Positions 55,201 to 63,687 of a stretch of 64,000 nt of DNA are shown here, piece by piece; position 1 is the stretch's first letter; each line of letters starts with the position of its first letter. A program made the position numbers and the translations under genes. Location of the stretch: NCBI GenBank assembly GCA_002633005.1, contig NMRA01000791.1:1-64000 (forward strand). The letters run 5' to 3'. Below the pieces are notes generated by a model. It was given only the letters and a program-made list of their open reading frames with translations, was not told the DNA's origin and made no database searches. This DNA comes from Phoronis australis (Eukaryota > Animalia > Phoronida).

Positions 55201-58200
55201 ATGCACAAGCGCTGATGTGAAGGTTCAAATTTGACACGTGCTCTTTGGCGAGTTAGATTTGAGATCTGTAGCGCAAATCGGGAAATTGCAGTGAGACGTA
55301 TGGATTTGGCGTTTGGATGCATTTCACCTTTTAAACGTAAACACAGTGTTATGCTAACGAGTATATGAGACAGTGCGCATGTATTTGGGTTTGGTGGTGT
55401 GGGTAACTAAGCGCTAGACTGCTATCAGTTAGAAGTCGTGTGGAAGTCACACGTGTAAACCGCTGCCAGGCTTCCTGCGGCTGTTGGCGATGATCTCAAT
55501 CAATGACGCACGGATGTGGAATTTCATGTGTCATTTACAAATTCAACGACATTTCACTAAAACATCGTAACTTACAACAGTTCCTGGAAGAACTGTTCAA
55601 TTTTGATAACTAATTAGTAATCATTTGGTACCTGTTACCACTCCCATCATTTTGATTGGGGGAACGCTGCCCCCTGCGCCCCGGTTCCTACGCTTGTGGA
55701 TATTATGCAGATTCAATGGTTACAAAACTAAAATCAAGATTTGTATTTTTTTCAAGATAAATCTACGAGTCCAAAAACAAGTATAATTCACTCGTTGACG
55801 ATTGAGAGATATTTTAGTAACCAATAGGCGTACGCCGTGAAGCCGGCCGGACACTAAAATTAAACTTCTATTCAGGCCGGACGGCGGCTTATAACAAGAG
55901 GTTTGGAAAAATACAGCGACCAGAATAATAAAGATGACGAGAAGTTTCTTCCTCGATTAGTAAACCTTCAAGGCTACGAGGTCCAAAATCGGAGTGATCT
56001 GTTTACTCGTGTGGCAGTATTTTTTATTTTGATTACTATTGGCATGTTCATTAGTGTTGCCATGTTTACTTAGATAGATAACCGTTTTATCTGTCGAGTC
56101 TAAATCACTAGTGGGTAATTGCTCATGGTAGTGGATCATCATAAAGCAGAAAGGTTGTTCTTAAATGAAAGTGATTCTGTCCAGAGTGTAGTGCAACAAA
56201 AACTATATAATTATATGTGTCGTATTTATAAGATTCATAATTGGAAGATGACATTTTTATGCACTAGGAGTCCCTACCTCACCTTCATGCGATTTCACAG
56301 AACACATAAAGTGTTTTATCAGAAAAAAAGTGCCCCATTATAACATCTTCATAATGTCAGATATTCTTGTTTTATGCTGCTGATATGAGAACAATTTGCA
56401 TTTACTCACATCATTAAATAAGTCTGAGATTTCTCCAAAATAAATGGACCCAGAGAAGAAATTTCAGTCAACATCAAGAAGGCCACCAACACGTCAACCA
56501 AGGCGTTGAGTAGTATGGTCATCTCAGTGCCACTCGATATTGCCTTGTTGCTGGGTATTTTTAAAATGACGATGGAAAAAGAGTACCAATTTCCTTACCA
56601 CAACCAGAATTGACATTCTATTTTTGTAAACTAAGAAAACTACCAACAAATTTCAAAATCAATAATATAAAAGACGAATGAGGGGCATATCAGTCTGGTC
56701 TCAGACCACGCAACTTTTATGGGGACATCTGCAGTCAAAATAAAGGATAAAAATATTATAACCATGCATCCCCGAGAATGGTGCAGAATTGAATTATTGA
56801 CGAAATAATGTGTATCACTTCAACTAGGGCCTGACTGTGACCAGGTTGTAGCAACATGGACTGCCAATTACAGGAATTTTCCTTTTTCACAACAAAACAG
56901 AAACTAAGAAAACGTGACGAAATAACTGTACGTATACTACAACAAAAAATCAACCATTCAGTCACTGCGTTATTCACCAAAATGAAAATGAGTCTGACTA
57001 TATAGACAAATACTATACATGTATCACATTACGTGCCAATTCTAAAGAATCTGAAAATTAAGCGTTCCGTTTAACTTGGAATGTAATGAATCCAGTAAAT
57101 TAATAATATTTATTTTGATCACGATACATGTGGACGTACATCGGGAAGGTCAGTCATTCACGATCAAAACATCAGCAAAAACTTTAACTCGAGAATAAAA
57201 TCCCCGATAGTAAAGTAGCTACCTGCAAACTGTGGGAAGGGAAGTTACTAGTACACAATATCTTCTGTTAGTTCATACATGTATCTCCAATGTTTGCCCA
57301 ATTTATAAAACCAAAAACAAAAGTGGACAAACACGATGCCGATATGTTACGGGTGCCCAGCTGGTAGTATCAACCGCTTGTTTTCCCCCAATCTCTTTGA
57401 GTTCGTCTCGCAATAATCAATAGTGTTTGAACAACGTACCACCACTAGTCTGCTGCAGTGCCAAAGGAACTGTTTCCACTTGTATGAGAATTCCATACAC
57501 CGTTAGGAACAGAATCGTGTTGTTATCGGTTGCTAACACGACCTCCGGCCTGTTCGGTCGCTGAACCCTTAATTGTGTGAGCGAAATCACCAACGGTTTT
57601 CCGTTTTACACGTCTTGGTAGCATTTTAACTGGCTTCTGTAGCCTAGGCGCTATTTTAAGCCGGAAGCCACAGTCCGTCTAACATCAGCACCACCTAGAA
57701 GTCGACCGTAATTACCGTTGTGGTTTTTAACTTCGTTCTTCGTCACGAATCACCTCACGATCATTTGAAATTAATCAAGATACACAAGCGTTGCTGTTTT
57801 TGTGAAGTTTTGATACTCGGACAAGTGTGTGTTGAACGTTATTCACATTCCTCATTTAACGCAATTTCCTGTAAACATGTACTTCTTGATTCTTCCTCTT
57901 CCAAGGGGTGCATGTTTGAACACACACGATATAGGTCAGTGCAATGGTTGGGCCACCAAAGGAGAGTGCGAAAAAAACAGGACATGGATGCATACGAACT
58001 GTGCGCTGGCTTGCGGCGTCTGTAGTAAGCTATGGATTCTTTAGAGTTTAGAAGATTAAATGAAAAACTTAAGCTACTAACTCTAACGCTGACTTGTTAG
58101 ATGCCGTTCCCTTTGAATTCTGTCCACTCATTTCTCATTTTCATGTCAGGTTTGATGAAAGTTTAAGGTGACGTTTTGTATCGCTTGGTATGAGATATCT

Positions 58201-60190
58201 ACTGGTAAAATAATAAGTTTTGTATTGCTTGGTAATTGCAGCAATTATATGCCGTTATTCAAAAATAAATTTTGCATTCTCTTAATGGACGCTTTTCGAC
58301 TATAGTCGCGCCTTAAGTCTTGGCTTTTCGCCAGAATCTGATATTTTTCACACCACGTGTATTCAAACTTGTATCATCTGAGTTCACCGCAGCAGACTCA
58401 TTCCATCGATTTTCTTTTTAAGGCACTCATCCACCGCCAACAGTACCACCAACAGGTAACTATGTTCGCGGCATTCACACTGCCAATTAAATGTATTCTT
58501 CCAAGTAAACTGCCCGTAAAACTAATTAAACGTTGAATAACGTCTACAAAAAGAAAAATCGTTTCTTATGCATGACCAGGGTGTGATCAATCAGGACAAA
58601 AACACTGATTAACTCCATTCAGACAGTTGTTGAATTCCTTTGGACGCCTCCATCGGCACTTGTTCACAATAATGCACTGTACATTTCACATGAAAACAAA
58701 ACTACATGTATTTAGTCGATTCAGATAAGTTCTGACTTTCATCGCATTTTATGAATCAACTGGCAATAAAGTAGCTTTTGTAAGCAATTCTTGTCTGTCG
58801 CAAAAGAGTGTCTGTAAGACCAGGTTTTATTTCCTTAGACCCAAGATCTTGTAGAACGAAGTTAACGTATCACGTGCTTCGCTTAAACTACATGGGAGTG
58901 TCTCGCGAAGTATTACATGATATTGCGTTTTTGGGTCTACGAAACTCACCCCTGAGCGAGATTTACATGATGATTGCAAGACATGTGCGTGGAAATTTTG
59001 TTGCAATCTGTAGTTATTTGTGATTGGTTTTGACGTAAAATATGGCTGGCATTGAAAGTTGTGGCTTGCGAGACTGGCCATTAACACTTCACTGTAAAAA
59101 AACAGTCACGCGTTTAACCAAAACGATATTTGTTCAGGTATGTACATGTAGGCTACACGACTAAGAGCCATTGAAAATGTATCTGTCACCAAAACGACTT
59201 TGTAACCATTCGTATTTGTTCTCTAGTTCTACTTGCTTGTTATAAATCCACTTCATCGTCATTTTTAAATATTAAGCGTTCACCTGTGCACTAATTGTTC
59301 TGATATTTCCACCAGTGGGCCCTTGTGGGAACAAACACAACACAGAGGAGTGTGTTTCATGGGCTGACAGTGGCGAATGTGACAAGAACCCCAACTGGAT
59401 GCACGTTAACTGCGCACTGGCCTGCGGAAAATGTAGTAAGTGTAAAGTTCCTGGCCCGAATTCAAAGGGTGCCTGAACACCTACGTGTATAGTTGATGTT
59501 TTGGTATTGCGACACTGGAGAAATATAAACTGGCTTCTATGCTTATCGATAGTTAGATCACCCTCTGCCGGAGTCGTGATTTTGGATTCGCGACTGAGTT
59601 CACTGTAGAGTCGGAATACACGCCTCTTGACGTCATCTGAAACCGATCAAGAGCTTCCCGTGGTTTCCCAGCATCACCTGATCAACTGAAATAGACGGGT
59701 ATTCTTTTTACAACCACCTTGCGTCAAGTAAAATATGTCGAGATCTTTCATTTTTCACCAACGCCACCTGACGACAGGCTTTGGGGGTTTCCTATCCATG
59801 CGGACCTCGACCATAACCAGTTTTAGTATTTTTGGCCTTGTACTTGCTTTTATAAAAGTTTAGTCATTGGCCGTTTGAGATCAAATATTTCGTCCTTCGT
59901 CATTGGCGCTTGAATGACTACATGTGTGTACATGTATCTGTGCGTAAACATTGAACTCTAGCCCTGGAATGCCAAATTCGGTTTCGAGCTCTGAGTCTGC
60001 GCCGCGTACATGTATGCGTGGCATTTGTTTGCGTTGGTTTATTCCGGTGTTGATTGTATTCCTTTTGAATTTGCTGGCAACAAAACTTTTCGCATCTTTT
60101 CGCCGTTTTCAAACGAATCGCATCAGAGTCATATCATTAGAAAGCTCTTCATGAGTTCGTGATGTGGAATGTTTTTTCCAGAAGCAAAAG
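13229..60190 (+). CDS. Multi-exon astacin-family (M12A) metalloprotease: SP-pro-astacin-EGF-CUB-EGF-TSP1-MAM-ShK-ShK; 3' end not found
   Basis: Exons joined at GT-AG boundaries stay in phase from 13229 to 54894 (2308 nt). Zinc motif [18 protein letters not shown], Met-turn SIMHY, furin-like RKKR. Individual exons are listed below. Confidence 0.92.
14006..16555. repeat. Near-identical direct duplication (14006-15273 / 15275-16555) across a single-N gap; probable haplotype overlap artefact
   Basis: Both copies start accaaaacgtgttt and end ...ggaatt, meet at N15274, and differ by SNPs and ~90-100-bp indels. Confidence 0.9.
14566..14721. mobile_element. 156-bp hAT-like MITE
   Basis: Perfect 14-bp TIR CAGTGCTGTAGTGG / CCACTACAGCACTG; imperfect 8-bp flanks cttataac / gctatgac. 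Confidence 0.7.
17522..17752. mobile_element. MITE with an internal ~22-bp AT-rich minisatellite; related sequence at ~18990-19230
   Basis: tatccttggccaaatgggtgaacg vs cgtttaaccatttggccaacgata (inverted), with internal taaatkaattatttgtg-type units. Confidence 0.55.
17770..18986 (-). mobile_element. 5'-truncated RLE-type non-LTR retrotransposon, HERO-like
   Basis: Minus ORF 18105-18986 contains VKYLGKEY...[25 protein letters not shown]...WLRKWLGIP. After the N gap it continues PVEVGCRGF...[13 protein letters not shown] to a stop at 17908-17910, followed by a short 3' UTR. Confidence 0.85.
20425..22061. mobile_element. Degenerate Kolobok-like derivative (convergent KolX-like and THAP remnants); termini uncertain
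   Basis: + strand acidic stretch and LRPYELDPP (~20790-20945). - strand THAP remnant CKCGGCS...[23 protein letters not shown] (~21630-21825). The right end finishes in ttaa, but the TIRs are not clearly matched. Confidence 0.45.
22126..22420 (+). CDS. Astacin exon 2: prodomain, RKKR cleavage site, mature N-terminus [18 protein letters not shown]
   Basis: Acceptor ttcaag|CTA, donor CCAT|gtgagt. The W...IPY motif is typical of the astacin N-terminus. Confidence 0.88.
23866..25520 (+). mobile_element. ISL2EU-like non-autonomous DNA transposon, copy 1 (right TIR lost)
   Basis: Starts AT|TGACCTATCGC. + THAP remnant [14 protein letters not shown] (~24022). - SWIM-like remnant IRGKVFRAS...VHLHL...FSCKAG (~25200-25320). 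Colinear with 27407-29909 and 47939-49889. Confidence 0.75.
25581..25700. mobile_element. hAT-like MITE of the ...GATCCGCCACTG-ended family; related pieces at ~48905-49203, ~50240-50565 and 63272-63687
   Basis: Shared end motif aaatctgccactg / tagatccgccactg / ggatccgcccctg. 48905-49130 and 50330-50545 are inverted copies of each other. Confidence 0.55.
25840..26238. mobile_element. Right-end fragment of the Kolobok-like family seen at 5428-7081
   Basis: ttcctcacaggttaacgcgacacctct and agactaattaaa are shared with 6963-7065; the fragment ends at ttaa 26239-26242. Confidence 0.55.
26490..26628 (+). CDS. Astacin exon 3: [29 protein letters not shown]...LKFTRGGG
   Basis: tacag|AT...GG|gtaagt, phases 1 to 2; contains the conserved TC cysteine. 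Confidence 0.88.
27407..29909 (+). mobile_element. ISL2EU-like non-autonomous DNA transposon, copy 2 (complete, with a nested Kolobok)
   Basis: AT|TGACCTATTGC...GCGATAGGTCA|AT, giving an 11-bp TIR and AT TSD. THAP and SWIM remnants as in copy 1. Confidence 0.8.
28471..29369 (-). mobile_element. Kolobok-like deletion derivative with ~170-bp TIRs, nested in ISL2EU copy 2
   Basis: TTAA TSD at 28467-28470 and 29370-29373; long TIRs starting AGGCGAA. Minus ORF 28731-29111 has a THAP-like start ([10 protein letters not shown]) and [17 protein letters not shown]. The empty site cattaatttgact is present in ISL2EU copies 1 and 3. Confidence 0.85.
29990..30280 (-). mobile_element. ISL2EU-like element, inverted partial copy 4 (left end); repeated at 31627-31780 in the duplication
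   Basis: Reverse complement of the left ~290 bp of copies 1-3, ending GGCGATAGGTAA|AT. Confidence 0.75.
30126..33135. repeat. Near-identical direct duplication (30126-31625 / 31627-33135) across a single-N gap, including a truncated copy of astacin exon 4 (31548-31625); probable haplotype artefact
   Basis: The copies abut at N31626 and differ by a few SNPs and a 10-bp indel (~32204). Confidence 0.9.
33058..33151 (+). CDS. Astacin exon 4: [32 protein letters not shown]
   Basis: ttccag|G...GAT|gtaagt; matches the GCxSxVG...LG..C astacin pattern; phases 2 to 0. Confidence 0.9.
33794..33991 (+). CDS. Astacin exon 5: catalytic motif [18 protein letters not shown] and Met-turn [10 protein letters not shown]
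   Basis: tttcag|ATT...AGG|gtacgg; HExxHxxGxxHExxRxDR and SIMHY. Confidence 0.97.
34310..34436 (+). CDS. Astacin exon 6: end of the catalytic domain (GFAII...[16 protein letters not shown])
   Basis: ctgcag|GGT...C|gtaagt; LSxxDxxxLNxxYxC motif. Confidence 0.92.
34587..39000 (+). mobile_element. Sola3-type DNA transposon (~4.4 kb), transposase pseudogenised
   Basis: TTAA TSD at 34583-34586 and 39001-39004; TIR GAATGATTCCATATAAAAACCA vs TGGTTTTTATATGGAATCGCTC. Transposase fragments [49 protein letters not shown] and a C2H2 finger CTHYGC...HLGVGAH (~35335-37190). Confidence 0.85.
39430..39672. mobile_element. Foldback-type MITE with internal AACTTAAGTT-like repeats
   Basis: gaccgttccaagaaactgactta vs taagtcagttttctttgaacgggcc (inverted). 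Confidence 0.6.
40522..40629 (+). CDS. Astacin exon 7: EGF-like domain ([30 protein letters not shown])
   Basis: ttaag|GT...G|gttggt; six-cysteine pattern; phases 1 to 1. Confidence 0.9.
43713..43816 (+). CDS. Astacin exon 8: CUB N-terminal part (CGTVV...IKSPGY...[12 protein letters not shown])
   Basis: cgtag|GA...AAA|gtaagc; CUB signature SPxY...YxxxxxCxW. Confidence 0.93.
44064..44188 (+). CDS. Astacin exon 9: CUB middle (LEFLDFNVE...CKDSLEVR)
   Basis: tccag|AGC...AG|gtaaag; phases 0 to 2. Confidence 0.92.
45020..45147 (+). CDS. Astacin exon 10: CUB C-terminal part (LCG...[18 protein letters not shown])
   Basis: ctgcag|G...G|gtaagt; CG...F.S......GF CUB motif. Confidence 0.93.
45652..45805. 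mobile_element. Small palindromic MITE
   Basis: cgttcagtatcgctaggacct vs aggtcctagcgtctactgaacg (inverted). Confidence 0.5.
46567..46674 (+). CDS. Astacin exon 11: second EGF domain ([13 protein letters not shown]...[13 protein letters not shown])
   Basis: tttcag|AT...G|gtaggt; canonical EGF spacing. Confidence 0.94.
47268..47930 (-). mobile_element. Penelope-like element remnant (GIY-YIG endonuclease region and 3' end)
   Basis: Minus-strand YVEGI*EAL...KP..TIK...VYRILCG..KSSF and [17 protein letters not shown] resemble the PLE motifs LPYVxGxSE / VVYxIxC / KSAxAEH..NH.IDW. Confidence 0.6.
47939..49889 (+). mobile_element. ISL2EU-like non-autonomous DNA transposon, copy 3 (complete, with a nested hAT-like MITE at ~48905-49203)
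   Basis: AT|TGACCTATCGC...GCGATAGGTCA|AT; [15 protein letters not shown] remnant at ~48103. Confidence 0.8.
49900..50210 (+). mobile_element. Penelope-like element fragment (N-terminal, pre-RT region)
   Basis: [40 protein letters not shown] resembles the PLE motif IxxADKGxxxVxxxxxDY...LxDxxxYxxLxxDPT. Confidence 0.55.
51709..51873 (+). CDS. Astacin exon 12: thrombospondin type 1 repeat ([13 protein letters not shown]...[19 protein letters not shown]...C...PC)
   Basis: ttcag|TA...G|gtgatg; WxxWxxWxxC and RxRxC motifs; phases 1 to 1. Confidence 0.95.
52498..52836 (+). CDS. Astacin exon 13: MAM N-terminal part (ICTFD...CSFRQ...VDHTYG...CVRFYY)
   Basis: gccag|GT...G|gtttgt; CxF, DHT and CxxFxY MAM motifs. 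Confidence 0.9.
53397..53569 (+). CDS. Astacin exon 14: MAM middle ([11 protein letters not shown]...[11 protein letters not shown]...FPLE)
   Basis: ttttag|GT...GAG|gtatga; open frame, and phases 1 to 0 fit both neighbours. Confidence 0.8.
54759..54894 (+). CDS. Astacin exon 15: MAM C-terminus ([14 protein letters not shown]) plus Pro/Thr linker
   Basis: ttttag|ATT...G|gtaggg; IDDI...GxC MAM end motif. Confidence 0.9.
57906..58024 (+). CDS. Astacin exon 16: ShK domain 1 ([37 protein letters not shown]); 1-nt phase conflict at the acceptor
   Basis: Six-cysteine ShKT pattern C...C..W...GEC..N..WM...C...CG.C; donor A|gtaagc. The exon is 119 nt. Confidence 0.85.
58423..58455 (+). CDS. Astacin exon 17: 33-nt Pro/Thr linker ([10 protein letters not shown])
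   Basis: tttttaag|GC...CAG|gtaact; phases 1 to 1; resembles the end of exon 15. Confidence 0.75.
59316..59435 (+). CDS. Astacin exon 18: ShK domain 2 ([37 protein letters not shown])
   Basis: accag|TG...A|gtaagt; ShKT cysteine pattern; 120 nt, phases 1 to 1. Confidence 0.92.
60182..60190 (+). CDS. Candidate 9-nt microexon (AAGCAAAAG) after ShK2
   Basis: gttttttccag|AAGCAAAAG|gtaaat: good acceptor and donor, frame-preserving. Confidence 0.4.
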
Positions 60191-63100
60191 GTAAATAATT
60201 TATTTCATTAATAGTTATCATTTCGCGTATCTTATAGGCTTAAAAACACTTTTTAATTCTAAAAACCATGATTGTTAACAAAATGCGAAAAATAACAGGG
60301 TGTAACAATAATATAAAAATGAACTATAGAGGTTATCGAAATTACTAAGTAAACAATCAGGGGATGATTCAAAACATTTCTATTAAGACCAAGATTTTTA
60401 GAATGCGGATCCCTCACAGTTGCTGTGAAGCATTTAGTCAGGGATTCATTCTACATTAGATGGACCTTTGACCCCGTTTGACACACTTCTTCAGTAAAAA
60501 TTCAGGATGCAGATATTAACAAAAATGTGATAAACTAAATACTTCAACTACCTATCCGAAATTTGCAAATAAAAGGTTTCTGATACATAAAAAATAGCAA
60601 ACTTCTATTGTGTAGGTTTGAAAGATATTCTGGATAGATCATTACATAGGTTGCAGTGTAGGACTTTCCTCATTTCTTCAGAAAACAAAAAATTAATGAT
60701 CCTGACACATGGAGTGTGTCTTACTGTAAACAAGAGAGGTTGGAACACATGTTATGATTTCTGTGTTAGTAAAGACCGTGGACTCTTGAAAATAACAATA
60801 TTCATGTAAAACTGAGAAATGAACACCTGTTCTACAAGTGTCAACACCCGAGAATAAAAGCAACGGGATAACTGGATTGAAAAGCGGGACTTCTGGATAA
60901 AAAGCGGGGCATCTGGTTCTTTACGAAAACGCATGGGAGAAATGTTTACCGCAACACACATAAACGTCCCGATGGAGTTTTTTGTGGAACGGGCGCCGTT
61001 ACACCCAAAATTGCACGGCGACATTTTTTTATTTTTTTAAGTCGAATGTGCAATTTCGGATGCCTCAAAACTATTTTTAGGAAAATAGTGCGGTGTCGCG
61101 TGGTAATTTACAGTCACTGTATTACATGTATATGATAATATGCCAGTATCGCCATGAGTCAAAAAGCGGGACATTTTGATGGTGTGACGGGAAGGCGGGA
61201 AAATTCGAGAAGGGATAGTATTTTTTTAAACTTTATTTCACGGCACAGACTGAAATAGATTTAACAAATAGTATCTGGACAACAGGTAAACATTGCACAA
61301 GTGAATTACATTAGAAGCTATCAAAAAACTCTTAGTAGGTAGTCTAATAAGTTGTCAGTAGTGGTTCCTACACTGAAGACTAGTCCCGGTATCCGGCCAG
61401 GGCCACGGGTTGGTGCGTACATGTACTGTACAAAGAATGACCAATGTAATTGTTGGTTTTGTTGACTGATTTTGCAGAGAAAGAGCTGGTTGTCTAGAAT
61501 CGTGGGCTTGACAGTATGGCTTGATGAACAAAAATTTCAAAATGAAAATGAAACAATGAAATTGGGCTTGATTTGAGAACTACAAACATAGACATCTTAT
61601 CCTATAGACCGCGCGCACGCGGTACTGCGGCTGACAACTTGACGCCATATTGGAGAGTACTACTAGTCACGTGACACGACTTATTGCCGTGTAAACGAAC
61701 GGGGTAAATTGTGCTTTTTCAAAGCGCGATATCTAACAAATAAAGAGGCCGAAGAATGTGATTGATGTTTTCCAGAAATATACAAAAACATGTGATGTAG
61801 CACTTACATGCGTTTTTAAGAGTTAATCAGTCGATAGGAAAAATGCCAAACTATTAGGAGATCGCAACCTTGGCAGATTTTCGAGTGGCCTGAGCGGCTG
61901 CACGCCTGTCAATCCACTGCGAGCGTTTTATTTTTTCGATTTGTCAAGAGAAACCACTAAGATAGCGCAAATTAATCATTTGATCCGTGTCGCTCGATGC
62001 AAATACATTATATCTAGTAGAGTGCCGCTCACCCGTGGTGCGCCAATAAGTCTTTTCACTGAGTGTTAAACAATGACCGCGGGTAACTTTGTAAAATTAA
62101 AATATGACCCGGGTCGCTTTTAACGGGGTCTAAATTTAGTGTGAACAGCTGTGAAAAACTGACCTCATTGGGGTCATATAAATAATTGACAGGTTTTTAA
62201 GGTTCATTAGGGCGTTCTCCAGTGCCATGACTTTACCAGACGTACAGCGGTTGTGAGCGTGTGATAGTCTTAACTTCGATTGTATTGTTGGGCGATTTTG
62301 GTGATTCAAAAACTTTAAGCATGACCGGTATTTGAGGGTTAATTCAGAAATGTCATGGGCTAATGTTCAAACATTTCATAACTTAACTTTTTTCTTACAC
62401 CACAGACCAGTGAGCTAATGAGATATGATCTTATTGGAGCTTAGAGGAACTATCGAACAAAAAAGAGCTGATCCTCCAACCCTAATTGCCAGAATGGACT
62501 TAATGAGTCGTAAGCGTAAGATATTGGCTACAGCGGTCATTCGCCCAACTTGTGCTACACAGCCTAACAAGTTAGACTAAACGGGAGAACTACGTAATGT
62601 AAAAACCAAAGAACACAGACTCATTTCCTGTCCTATTTATCGCATACATTCTTCACTCACGCACGGTATTTCTCTTTCACGGATCTGAAGCCCCCCCCAA
62701 GCACCAGGCACTTGTCGGCGTCTTGTAGTATCCCTACATCGTGTACATGTAATTATGTGCTCACATAGAGATCAGCCCCGCTTCCTCACATTATTTCGAA
62801 CCGTTCCTATCCAATAACCCCCCCCCCTTAATGTCTGATATACGTACTGCGCGTCCATCAGCCGCCGAGAAATTTAAATAAATTCTTCTCCCACGCACGC
62901 TTGGCCTCAGTTCGCACGGTTCCAAATTTGACTTTTATAGTCTTCATACAGTTCAGTAGCCAGAAATTGAATCCTGGCACGAGCACTGTAAAACTGGCCA
63001 GTTGCCAAGTTGGGCAACTGAACGAAGGACTGTTCGAAAAATTGTGATTGTTTTCGCTTAAGCCCAGCTTCCCCACATCATATTCCTGGTCTGCACGCCA

Positions 63101-63271
63101 CTCAGTACTTTCACTCCCTAATTGCGGATTATATTGAAAAAGCAAGATTTCTCTTGCTGCGCGTTACTCAGACGACTCCAGACCTAAACATCCGTGTATC
63201 GAACATTGTTGAAAGATCGCCAATTGCGGGTATCGTGTCTGCTTATTCCAACCCCCTATTGCGGTGGAACC

Positions 63272-63687
63272 CAGTGGCGGATTTAGAAGACCCCCCTAAA
63301 ATTCTCCCAGATTCCATTTGGCAGTTCGGAGGTGCGAAAGTCCGACGGGCAAAATCCTGGCTAATACATGCGTGCACACACAGGGAGGGGGGGGGGCTCA
63401 GGGACTCGAATGAGGCCCCCCATTTGACCAAGTGGGCAGAAATGTCCTTCTCAGAGAAACAAAAAGTCTGAGGAAACGAGACAAAAGTCCACAGGAATTC
63501 GTCGCAAATGCACAATGCACGGGGTTGAACCTAGTATCCCGTTTTTTAGTACTCGTCTTCTTGTTCAAGTAATAGGTCCACATGACCGCCAAATTCGAGT
63601 CCCCCCTCTATATTTTAGGCTAGGTGCGCGTATGTGACCCTCTGCCTTGCCCCCCTCCCCCTAAATAAAATTCTGGATCCGCCCCTG
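63272..63687. mobile_element. hAT-like MITE (CAGTGGCGGATTTAG...CTGGATCCGCCCCTG)
   Basis: ~15-bp imperfect TIR; gaacc flanks both sides. Confidence 0.6.

Noticed and set aside
59540-59830. Possible degenerate tRNA-derived SINE
   Set aside because: Only a vague B-box-like resemblance, no second copy in the window and no cloverleaf.
60616-62420. Candidate terminal exons of the astacin gene (60616 onward; 62407 onward)
   Set aside because: Acceptor-like sites exist, but the peptides are uninformative and I cannot choose between them without transcripts.
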